DNA of 61,277 nt from Patescibacteria group bacterium (lineage in GTDB: Bacteria > Patescibacteriota > Minisyncoccia > Phycocordibacterales > EsbW-18): positions 4,980 through 66,256 of the forward strand of contig JBBTUJ010000001.1 in the NCBI GenBank assembly GCA_038063815.1. The letters run 5' to 3'. Made by a program: the position numbers and the translations under genes. Each line of letters starts with the position of its first letter. The first letter of the stretch is position 1. The notes below the pieces were generated by a model. That model made no database searches. It worked only from the letters and a program-made list of their open reading frames with translations, and was not told the DNA's origin. Of this stretch, positions 38,568 through 46,762 are shown one piece after another.

Positions 38568-40310
38568 ATGGACTACATACAGAAAATAACCGCTACACGC
38601 TGGAAGCATATCCAGCTTGATAAGCCGGTCGAACTCGAACCTGGAATTAACCTGATTCTGGGTAAAAATGGAAGTGGCAAGACCTCACTTATTGGGATGA
38701 TTGAGGCGGCAGCGGTGACTCAGGCTCAGCCGCTTCGCCAAGAGGTTCTTGATGCATTTGCTGAAGGCGCTCGACTTTCCAGTATCGAACTACGGTCAGG
38801 GGAGACTGATGTTGTTATAGGTAACGACAGACGGGGTAGCGAGGGACACTGGACTGCTAGCGATCTTAAGGATCGGCTCCGAACAATTGGATCTGCCCGT
38901 TCGGTTACTAGTGGCACTAGCACCAAAAATCCTTTTGCGAGTTCTATCACTATGGATACTTCCGGGCTTGCTGTTGGCCAAACTATTGATGTCGCTGAAG
39001 AGTTCAACAAATCGATTATAAAAGAACTCATTGAGGTCATTAAAGAAAAGATGGCCGCTGGTACAGACTTTCTTGAGGAGATTCAAAAAGACTACCAAAA
39101 CGGCCTAGTTGATTTCGATAAGGTGCTAAAAATAGACCCGTCTAAGGAGAACGCAGTATTTTTCGTTGACCATCTCGATAGAGAAGTTTCCATCACAGAG
39201 CTGAGTTCGGGCGAAAAGGAGTACCTCTATTTTTACTCATACCTCCGCCGGATTCGAGCAGACGAAAACAAGATTATTCTTATTGACGAGCCGGAACTTC
39301 ACCTCCATAGCAGCCAGATAAGGAAGCTGTGCGAACTTATTGCTGGTCTGGCAGTTAAAAACCAAGTCATTATCGCAACGCATTCCGGTGAGGTACTTCA
39401 GCATTTCATTTCTCGCGCAAACATAATCCTGCTCAGTAAAGGCGTAGTTGATAGGATTCAAGATGCGGAACAAATGAGAAAAGCTCTTGAGGAGACCGGC
39501 CTACCTATCGACCCATCCGTTTTCACAGCACACTGGATCTGTGCCGAGAACGACCCCACCGTGTCTCTTCACGGCGGAGGGCCGACTACTCCAGAGGTCC
39601 TAAGTTGGATTCTTGGAAACGATTTAAACAAGCGGTATTGGTCTTTTGGGTCTAATAAATCCACCTCGAAGATTTACGGCGAAGGTATAGCCAGTGCGTC
39701 TCCAGCGGCGCATAAAATTCGTGTCACACCTCTACTGGACGGGGACGTTCTTGCCAAAACTCCGGCAGACTATTTTCCTGCAACCATTCCTGCACCAGCG
39801 AATAACCTAGCCTACTTTCCTTTTTGGGAGATAGAGAGCGCCTTTCTCAGTACTGCGATACTCAATGCCATAATTCCAACCGAAGGAGGCGTTACGGGTG
39901 CGGATAGGTTCTGGGCAAGCGTTACTACCAATCAAGCAAGACTCCTTCTCTACATAAAGAAGACTGTCGCAAAGAACAGCCTTAGGCGATTTAGCTTGGA
40001 TAAATATATTGAAGCTGACCCACAAGTTGACATAGAGAAATGGAAAACTGAAATTCAGGCGAGTGTCACTGATCTTTCCCCGATTGATACGAAATTCGCA
40101 GAAGTTATAGCTGTTAAAAACTGGCGTTGGTTGCCCGGCAAAGAAGCCCTCGCACTGGCCATTATCTTGGAGCCAAACTTCTGGACAAAGCTTAGAAACC
40201 TGCAACAGAGCAAGGAGCTTAAAGCCCTTCTCGAATTGGACGCTGGTATGAAAACGTTTATTGAAAGCATGTCTGCGCTTTCAGGAGAGGTTCCCGAAGA
40301 GGCAGAGTAG
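38568..40310 (+). CDS. ABC-type ATPase fused to a putative TOPRIM-like nuclease (OLD/PARIS-like)
   Basis: Walker A GKNGSGKT, signature LSSGEK, Walker B ILIDEPE, H-loop ATHS. C-terminal acidic motifs CAEND and LLDGD suggest TOPRIM (inference). Confidence 0.7.
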   Translation: MDYIQKITATRWKHIQLDKPVELEPGINLILGKNGSGKTSLIGMIEAAAVTQAQPLRQEVLDAFAEGARLSSIELRSGETDVVIGNDRRGSEGHWTASDLKDRLRTIGSARSVTSGTSTKNPFASSITMDTSGLAVGQTIDVAEEFNKSIIKELIEVIKEKMAAGTDFLEEIQKDYQNGLVDFDKVLKIDPSKENAVFFVDHLDREVSITELSSGEKEYLYFYSYLRRIRADENKIILIDEPELHLHSSQIRKLCELIAGLAVKNQVIIATHSGEVLQHFISRANIILLSKGVVDRIQDAEQMRKALEETGLPIDPSVFTAHWICAENDPTVSLHGGGPTTPEVLSWILGNDLNKRYWSFGSNKSTSKIYGEGIASASPAAHKIRVTPLLDGDVLAKTPADYFPATIPAPANNLAYFPFWEIESAFLSTAILNAIIPTEGGVTGADRFWASVTTNQARLLLYIKKTVAKNSLRRFSLDKYIEADPQVDIEKWKTEIQASVTDLSPIDTKFAEVIAVKNWRWLPGKEALALAIILEPNFWTKLRNLQQSKELKALLELDAGMKTFIESMSALSGEVPEEAE

Positions 40311-40315
40311 GTTCT

Positions 40316-41641
40316 CTATTTCTCAAGCGCGATTTGCCGGTCCTTCAACACCAGCGTGCTCTTGAGACAGGACAGTAGCTCTCGCTTCTCCGTGATCGTA
40401 CCCTCCTTGAGAAGATACTTGGCGTATTCGCGCAGGTCGACATCGCTGCTGCGCTCCTTAGTTTTCATGCCGAGCACGCCGATACGGAATTTGTTGTATC
40501 GCGATATCTCATCACGGATCTTCTCTTTCATGCCGATCTCGTCGAGGTCGATGGTATCGAGGAGCTTGACCAGTTCTTCTATGAGATCCGTTTCGTTCAC
40601 GGGCGGGTTCTTGCAGTCGATGTCTTTCGACCGCGTGCACCTGTAGTAGACATGGCGGTTCACGCCGCCGTCTTTAAGTTTCTTGAACTTCTCGTCTGCC
40701 GTGATGCCGCTTCCGCATACACCGCAGGCGATCAATTTCGTGAAGGCGAATTCCTTGCTCTCGGTTTTGGGGATGTACTGATCTTGGATTGACTCCTGCA
40801 CCTTGTCGAAAAGTTCCTTGGTGATGAGTGGCTCATGTTTGCCCTGATACCAATTGCCGCTCCCGCGCGGGTACTCGAATTCACCGTAGTAGAAGGTGTT
40901 GCGAATGACGGTATACAGATTCCCAAGCGAGAGGTGTTTGCCAGTATGGGTCTTGAAGGCGTTTTTCGTGAGCCAGCGATGTGTTTGCCGTCCACTCCAT
41001 TTCTCATTGCCGATTTTCTCGAAGATCTTCCGAATAGTCGCGGCACGCTTCGGGTCGACAATAACCTCGCACTTGCGGTCTGTACGTTTTTCATTGAGGT
41101 AGCCAGTTGGTGCCGTTGATGGCCGCAGACCCATTTCGCAGCGGGCTCGTAGCCCGCGCTTCACATTGATGATTTTCTGGTCGTTCTCGAGCTTCGCCTG
41201 CGAGCCGAGAATCATGAGCATGAACTTCTCGTTTGGATTGTTGGTAAAGGCCTGCGTGAAGGTGCGTATCTCGACCAGCTTCTTTTGATCCAGGAGATCG
41301 ACAACCGCACCCAAATCTCCGGCGTTGCGACTGAGCCGATCCGGTGCCCACGTGAGGATACCGTTGAACTTCTCCTGCCGGATATCCTCGAGAAGCTGGT
41401 TATACACCGCCCGCTGGCCTACTTCCTTGGAGGAGTGCGACTCGCGCTTGACCTCGACGATCTCAAGATTCTCGCGCGTGGCGATGGCGGTCATCTCTCG
41501 CACTTGGGACTCGATGGAAAGCGCCTGTTTGTCCTCTTCCTCGGTGCTCTTTCTTGCATACAGGCAGTATCGGACCTTTACGGGCACGGGGACGGCCTGC
41601 CTGTTAATGCCGCCAACGGGAGCCCTTGTTGCTGTGTTCAT
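40316..41641 (-). CDS. Large serine recombinase (resolvase, recombinase and Zn-ribbon domains)
   Basis: 'YCLYARKSTEE' catalytic Ser, 'DRLSRN', 'PTGY', 'HEPLIT', 'CGVCG...YYRC...C'. Start placed at ATG 41641. Confidence 0.93.
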   Translation of the reverse strand: MNTATRAPVGGINRQAVPVPVKVRYCLYARKSTEEEDKQALSIESQVREMTAIATRENLEIVEVKRESHSSKEVGQRAVYNQLLEDIRQEKFNGILTWAPDRLSRNAGDLGAVVDLLDQKKLVEIRTFTQAFTNNPNEKFMLMILGSQAKLENDQKIINVKRGLRARCEMGLRPSTAPTGYLNEKRTDRKCEVIVDPKRAATIRKIFEKIGNEKWSGRQTHRWLTKNAFKTHTGKHLSLGNLYTVIRNTFYYGEFEYPRGSGNWYQGKHEPLITKELFDKVQESIQDQYIPKTESKEFAFTKLIACGVCGSGITADEKFKKLKDGGVNRHVYYRCTRSKDIDCKNPPVNETDLIEELVKLLDTIDLDEIGMKEKIRDEISRYNKFRIGVLGMKTKERSSDVDLREYAKYLLKEGTITEKRELLSCLKSTLVLKDRQIALEK

Positions 41642-41739
41642 ATACCACAAGGGATGACGCGAACAGTCCTAGGAGTCAAGAGCGTCCGAGGGGCTTGGAG
41701 TTGGTAACTTTACTGGCTCAAAGTTGCTAGAATAGTCCC

Positions 41740-41858
41740 CGCAACCGAATACCTGGCCTAACCTCGCCTTCGGGCGAGCATGGTCAAAAACCATCCAAGG
41801 AAGCTTCCTCGCACGAGGACTCGGCCGTTGGCCGGATCTGGATGCGAGGTTTTCTTTT
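41740..41858 (+). ncRNA. Candidate small RNA, motif copy 1
   Basis: Extended -10 TGCTAGAAT (41725-33). GCCTAA, hairpin ctcgcc-ttcg-ggcgag, CATGG-N7-CCATCCAAGG, then a cctcgca/tgcgagg stem and U-tract. Confidence 0.5.
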
Positions 41859-42906
41859 ACTCGGTGCGCCAGAACCAGTATCGGTTGTATACGTCCTGAC
41901 GCAGGCGGTATGCGTCGGCATGACTGAGTACGCCCATGTACGAATTGAGGCAGGACTCGAGCGTCAATTCGCTTATCTCCCCACGCTTGTAGGCACGAAC
42001 GGCTTGGTGCAGCTTTCGTGGAATCCGGCGTTTGGTCTTCGCACGAAGCTGCACGTGATTCGGCAACATGATGTAGCCGAGAAAGTCCACGCCACGCGTA
42101 TGCCTCCGCAATGTTATTTTCTTCGGATGTAACTCCAGCAGTAGTTTCTCTCGCAGAAAGTCTTGCATTGGCGTAAGCAAGTCCTCAAGGTAGCTCTTGT
42201 CGTTAGACACAATGATAAAGTCGTCCGTGTATCGAGCGTAATGTTTGACTTTCAACTCACGCTTCACGAACTGATCAAACTCATTCATGTAAATGTTCGC
42301 AAAGATCTGCGATGTCAGATTGCCGATTGGCACGCCTCGTCGCTCGAACAGATTCGGTCTGCTTGCGGAAAAGCTCTCGACGATCTCATGCATCAGTCTC
42401 ATGACCTTCTCGTCCTTGATCTTTGTGCTGAGAATCCCTAGGAGCGTGTCGTGGTCGATAGAGTCGAAGAACTTTCTGATGTCGCACTTGAGTGCGTAGC
42501 ACGGACGCGTGTTGTTGCGACTCACGGCGCGTATGACTTGTGCAACCCACCGCACGCCCTTGTGTGTTCCTTTGCCAAGACGGCAGGAAAACGACGTTGG
42601 GATGAAGGTCGGTTCAAAGATGGGGTTGAGCACGCTGAAGATAGCGTGGTGAAGCACGCGGTCGCGAACCGTCGCCTTATGAATGTGACGCACTTTAGGG
42701 TCGTGAATCCAGAAGCCCCTATACGCTCCGTGTTTGTACGTGCCATTCTTCAGATCTCGGTACAGGCCAAAGATGTGTTGCTCGATGTCTACCCCGAATT
42801 CCGCCACGTCAGGTTTGTTCCGCTTGTCGCGCTTGAATACCTCCCAAGCTCGAAACAACGTCTGCGGAGAGATTATTAACCAGCTTAGATTCTTATAAAC
42901 CTTCAT
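41857..42906 (-). CDS. DGR-type reverse transcriptase
   Basis: 'VRDRVLHHA', 'CDIRKFFDSI', 'GVPIGNLTSQIFAN', 'RYTDDF' and 'GVDFLGY'; 349 aa with no maturase or endonuclease domain; adjacent to avd, TR and VR. Confidence 0.93.
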   Translation of the reverse strand: MKVYKNLSWLIISPQTLFRAWEVFKRDKRNKPDVAEFGVDIEQHIFGLYRDLKNGTYKHGAYRGFWIHDPKVRHIHKATVRDRVLHHAIFSVLNPIFEPTFIPTSFSCRLGKGTHKGVRWVAQVIRAVSRNNTRPCYALKCDIRKFFDSIDHDTLLGILSTKIKDEKVMRLMHEIVESFSASRPNLFERRGVPIGNLTSQIFANIYMNEFDQFVKRELKVKHYARYTDDFIIVSNDKSYLEDLLTPMQDFLREKLLLELHPKKITLRRHTRGVDFLGYIMLPNHVQLRAKTKRRIPRKLHQAVRAYKRGEISELTLESCLNSYMGVLSHADAYRLRQDVYNRYWFWRTE

Positions 42907-42909
42907 AAC

Positions 42910-43260
42910 ATGAGTGATTTAGACATACCCATCTTCAAAAAATCCTACGATCTCTACAAAGAGTTCTACGGACTCCGCCTCTCGGTGCCGAAGCAAGACC
43001 GCTATACGCTCTGGCAAAAGTGCGAGAATCTGCTCATCGACATCCTTGAGGGCATTCTCCTTGCGAGCCAGCAGTCAAAGTCTGAGAAACTGCCGACCTT
43101 GGAGAAAGCGAGCGTGAAGCTCAACTTCATGCGGGTCTGCGTGCGCCTGTTGAAAGACGTGAAGGCAATCGACGACAAGAAGTACGTGCTCATTGAGGCG
43201 GACCTCGATGAGATCGGTCGGATGCTGGGTGGGTGGATCAAATCCACAAAAGAGCGTTAG
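42910..43260 (+). CDS. avd: DGR accessory variability determinant (Avd, four-helix bundle)
   Basis: 116 aa; 'IPIFKKSYDL', 'PKQDRYTL' and C-terminal 'EIGRMLGGWIK'. Confidence 0.9.
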   Translation: MSDLDIPIFKKSYDLYKEFYGLRLSVPKQDRYTLWQKCENLLIDILEGILLASQQSKSEKLPTLEKASVKLNFMRVCVRLLKDVKAIDDKKYVLIEADLDEIGRMLGGWIKSTKER

Positions 43261-43261
43261 T

Positions 43262-43290
43262 AGAAACTCCCGCGTGAAGCGGGAGTTTCT
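43262..43290. terminator. 12-bp hairpin between the avd 3' end and the TR 3' end
   Basis: agaaactcccgc-gtgaa-gcgggagtttct. Confidence 0.75.
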
Positions 43291-43313
43291 CACTGTGGAT
43301 GGAGGTATGACTG

Positions 43314-43428
43314 CCTGGCGGACGACACACCGATGTTGCTGTTGCGGTTGTTGTCGTTCCAGTTGTTGACGTTGAGACCCTTGGCGTCGAAGTTGCCGAC
43401 GTTCACGTGGTTGCCGTCCGAGTCGAGG
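43314..43428 (-). ncRNA. DGR template repeat (TR), 115 nt
   Basis: Aligns without gaps to 43816-43930; contains 11 in-frame AAC codons and 32 adenines. Confidence 0.95.
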
Positions 43429-43756
43429 TAGCTGCCCGTTCCCATCCGTGGCACCAGCACTCGAGGTTTGCCGCTCTTGCGAGCCTATATCCTCTCACGC
43501 CTGTATTTTATTCGAGAGCAGATTCCTTGCGGAACCATCTCCCCCTAGAAACGGGCAAGAAGTTCTCTCCATCCTTAATCGCACGCTGCCGTGATCCGTA
43601 AACCACTGGCACTCTGGCGATATCTCAAGGTGAGATATCTCGCGAGCGTGAACCGTAACCCACGCTACATTAGCAAGATTCAAAAAGTATAGTGTATCTG
43701 TATAAAAAACGAAAGCCCCCGGCACACTCTCCGACCGAAGTCGAAAAATATGCGCG

Positions 43757-43800
43757 GAGGCTCAAGACCTCAAGAGGGACAAGCCCTCAAGCGGTCAAGG
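43757..43800 (-). promoter_or_regulatory. Candidate DGR target-recognition hairpins 3' of VR
   Basis: gaggg-acaag-ccctc (43774-88) and gagg-ctcaaga-cctc, about 27 nt past the VR end. The stems are short, so the role is inference. Confidence 0.4.
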
Positions 43801-43809
43801 TTCAGAACT

Positions 43810-44607
43810 TCACTTCCTGGCGGACGACACACCGATGTAGCTGTGGCGGTAGTAGTCGTCCCAGCTGTAGACGTAGAGACCCTTGGCGCCGAAGCCGCCG
43901 ACGAGCACGCGGTCGCCGCCCGAGTCGAGGCTCGACGTACGCACGTAGACGTTCGCGAAGAGCCGGATGCCACGGACCTCGAAGTACATGGTGATGAACC
44001 ATGACATCTCGGCAGCGTTCGGCACGCTCTCGACACCCGACAGGAGCTTCTCCTGCTCGCTCCAAGTGCGGTTCGTCGAGTTCGGGACCGGCGTCTTGCG
44101 GATGGCGAGCCACCCGAACGACGTCTTGTCCTTGCTGGCGAACTCCTGGTCCGCGTACCAGCCGCCGGTCTTGCTGTAGAAGTGATTGGTCACGAGCTGG
44201 CGGACGTCCAGGAGCGACATCGCCGTTGGTGGCGCGGGCATGACGGCGTAACCGTTGTCCTTGCACCACCGCAGCATGTCGGCCGAGGGGATGCTGGCCG
44301 CGAGCGTCGCGATCTCGTCGTTGGTATAGGCGACACCACGACGAGTGGCCATGATCTCCTCCGGCGTGATGAAGTCCGCGCCGAGGATGGACTGAGCCAG
44401 GATGTAGTCAGGCAGCTTGGCCGAGAAGCGGCGGATGCCCTCGATGACCCAGTCCTGGAACTCACCACCACGCCCGATCAGGCGCTGGATGGCGTCCTTG
44501 TCGGGGTTCACCTCGACGAGAGCACGGTCACCCGTGTCCTCGACAAAACGCTTGAACTGCTTCTCTTGCGGCTGGGTGCGGTCCGACGTGATCGACTGAG
44601 TCGTCAT
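43810..44607 (-). CDS. DGR target protein (265 aa), C-terminal variable region, presumed CLec-like fold
   Basis: Start at ATG 44607 after SD aaggag. The last 38 sense codons before the final Lys form the VR. No signal peptide or TM helix. Confidence 0.9.
   Translation of the reverse strand: MTTQSITSDRTQPQEKQFKRFVEDTGDRALVEVNPDKDAIQRLIGRGGEFQDWVIEGIRRFSAKLPDYILAQSILGADFITPEEIMATRRGVAYTNDEIATLAASIPSADMLRWCKDNGYAVMPAPPTAMSLLDVRQLVTNHFYSKTGGWYADQEFASKDKTSFGWLAIRKTPVPNSTNRTWSEQEKLLSGVESVPNAAEMSWFITMYFEVRGIRLFANVYVRTSSLDSGGDRVLVGGFGAKGLYVYSWDDYYRHSYIGVSSARK
43816..43930 (-). repeat. DGR variable repeat (VR), 115 nt
   Basis: 16 mismatches versus TR, all at TR adenines; invariant 3' tail atcggtgtgtcgtccgccagg. 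Confidence 0.95.
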
Positions 44608-44751
44608 CGTCTGCTCCTTGTAGGTCACTACCATCCGCTTTGGGCGAACGATAACTGTCTCGGAATGAGACGAGTGTTTTAGGGACTTATGAAAATCCAC
44701 AAAACACTCGCCTCATTCAAGTTCTGAATTGAGAAGGAGCTTCTGGTGTAT

Positions 44752-44780
44752 ATAGTACCATAACGGTATACAGAAGTCAA
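44752..44780 (-). promoter_or_regulatory. Sigma70-type promoter for the DGR target gene
   Basis: Minus strand TTGACT-N17-TACTAT. Confidence 0.65.
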
Positions 44781-44878
44781 GAGTTGGTAACTAGGCTTCG
44801 CAGGGCCCTATTTCTAAGCTATAAGGGACATAGAAATTCGGCCTAAAAATGGTAGTATTTCTTTAACAACTGAATAGA

Positions 44879-45048
44879 GCCTAAACCCTCCGTTGGAGGG
44901 CATGGCGTTGAATCCATCCAAGGTAAACACCCCGTCGTCAGGGTTCCTTGGATGGTCGTAGGGGGAAACCTCTACGTTCTGGCCGAAAGGCTAGAGCTCC
45001 TGGCGGCGGGCTTTTTGCTACCCGCTGGGATAAATCCATCCAAGGAAC
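44879..45048 (+). promoter_or_regulatory. Structured 5' leader of the RM methyltransferase (motif copy 2)
   Basis: GCCTAA, hairpin ccctcc-gtt-ggaggg, CATGG-N8-CCATCCAAGG, two GAAA-capped hairpins, and gttccttggatgg complementary to ccatccaaggaac over the SD. Confidence 0.6.
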
Positions 45049-46761
45049 ATGTCTGATAATAAAGTCGAGCTCATCACTCGCATCGCAACACTCGAATCTG
45101 AAATACAGCGGCTTAAGCGTGCCAAGACGTATGGCCTCGTCTGGGAAGATAAGCCAGAGGACGTAGTCGTACAGTGCAAAGCGAATATTCCGGTCCTCAA
45201 AGAAGTGAAGACGCGGAAGATCGTCACGGACGAATCCCTTCCCACAAATCTCCTCATCGAAGGAGACAACTACCATTCGCTCTCGGTCTTGAACTACACC
45301 CACCGAGGCGGCTTTGACGTCATCTATGCCGATCCTCCATACAACACTGGCAATAAAAGCTGGCGGTACAATAACGATTACATAGAAAAAGATGACGGGT
45401 TCCGCCACAGCAAATGGATTTCATATATAGAGAAAAGATTGAGGCTCTCTAGATCATTACTCAAAGATGACGGAGTGATAGTCGTTACGATTGATGACTA
45501 TGAAATAGGCACATTGAGGCTACTCTTGGATGAAATCTTCGGCGAAGACAATCGACTTGGGCTTATTACGATAATGCATAATCCGCGAGGAAGAAGCGAT
45601 GACCAATATTTTGCGACTTCCCACGAATACGCTCTCTTTTATGGAAAAAATCCTGATAAGGCAATAACGTATAAGCTCGATCTTACACAGGAGCAGCGAG
45701 AATTATTTCCGCTGACCGATGAATTTTCAAACTACCGACTCCTTCCTCTTAAGAGAACGGGCTCCAACTCAACACCGAACGAGCGACCTAAATTGTACTA
45801 TCCAATTTTTGCAAATAAAAAATCTGGTGAGATCAGTATTAAAGAACGCGTGGGCAAGGATTGGTTGGTGATCGAACCTAAAGATTCAACCGGCGCAAAG
45901 CGTGTATGGCGCTGGGGCAAAGAAAAAGTTCAAAGAGAATGGAAAACCGAGCTGATTGCCAAATTCAAAAATGATAAATGCTCGATATTCACCAAGGACC
46001 GCATAAAGGAGGGACGGAAGCCGAAGACGATTTGGGTTGATCCAAAATATGATGCTTCTTCGCACGGAACAGTGTTGCTTGAAAATATCTTAGGCGAGAG
46101 GAAAGTTTTTGATTATCCGAAGTCCCTCTACGCAGTAATCGATACACTCAAAATTCTAACGAAAGAAAAAAGAGATGCTTCAGTTCTCGACTTCTTCGCT
46201 GGATCTGGCACCACCGGTCACGCAGTCTTTGAACTCAATAAGCAAGATGGCGGAAATCGTCGTTTCGTTCTTTGTACGAACAACGAAAACAATATCTGCG
46301 AAGAGGTAACGCATAAACGGCTTGAGCACGTCATTAAGGGCTATAAGGACAAGGGTGGTCAGCTGGTTAAAGGTTTGGGAGGCGATTTGAGATACTACAA
46401 AACCGACCTCGTCAGCACCGACAAACTCCAGAAGATATCTGATGAAGCTCGAATCAAGGTGACGTACCAAGCCGGTGAGATGATCGCGCTTCGCGAGGAC
46501 ACACTGACGGAAACCGAGAAAAACGACTGGTGGCAGATCTTCGAGGACCACGGGCGCATGACCGCCATCTATTTCAAAGAGGACAAGGCGAAGCTATCCG
46601 AGCTTGTGGCAAAACTTGAACAGAAGAATATTCCGGTCGCCCTATACATCTTCAGCTGGGGTAAGAACGAGTATCGGGGCGAGCTCGGAAGCGGCACGAT
46701 CCGCGTCGAAGATATTCCCGAGCCGATCCTTGAGGTCTATAAAGAAATCAATCGCCTGTAA
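45049..46761 (+). CDS. Type III restriction-modification methyltransferase (Mod)
   Basis: 'NLLIEGDNYHSL', 'ADPPYNTG', 'FDYPKS' and 'VLDFFAGSGTTGHAV' (beta-class N6-MTase order); followed by Res. Confidence 0.9.
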   Translation: MSDNKVELITRIATLESEIQRLKRAKTYGLVWEDKPEDVVVQCKANIPVLKEVKTRKIVTDESLPTNLLIEGDNYHSLSVLNYTHRGGFDVIYADPPYNTGNKSWRYNNDYIEKDDGFRHSKWISYIEKRLRLSRSLLKDDGVIVVTIDDYEIGTLRLLLDEIFGEDNRLGLITIMHNPRGRSDDQYFATSHEYALFYGKNPDKAITYKLDLTQEQRELFPLTDEFSNYRLLPLKRTGSNSTPNERPKLYYPIFANKKSGEISIKERVGKDWLVIEPKDSTGAKRVWRWGKEKVQREWKTELIAKFKNDKCSIFTKDRIKEGRKPKTIWVDPKYDASSHGTVLLENILGERKVFDYPKSLYAVIDTLKILTKEKRDASVLDFFAGSGTTGHAVFELNKQDGGNRRFVLCTNNENNICEEVTHKRLEHVIKGYKDKGGQLVKGLGGDLRYYKTDLVSTDKLQKISDEARIKVTYQAGEMIALREDTLTETEKNDWWQIFEDHGRMTAIYFKEDKAKLSELVAKLEQKNIPVALYIFSWGKNEYRGELGSGTIRVEDIPEPILEVYKEINRL

Positions 46762-46762
46762 T

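Noticed and set aside
41857-42906. RT as a group II intron, retron or CRISPR-associated RT
   Set aside because: There is no maturase X/En domain, intron domain V, msr-msd or cas genes. The TR/VR pair and Avd identify it as a DGR RT.
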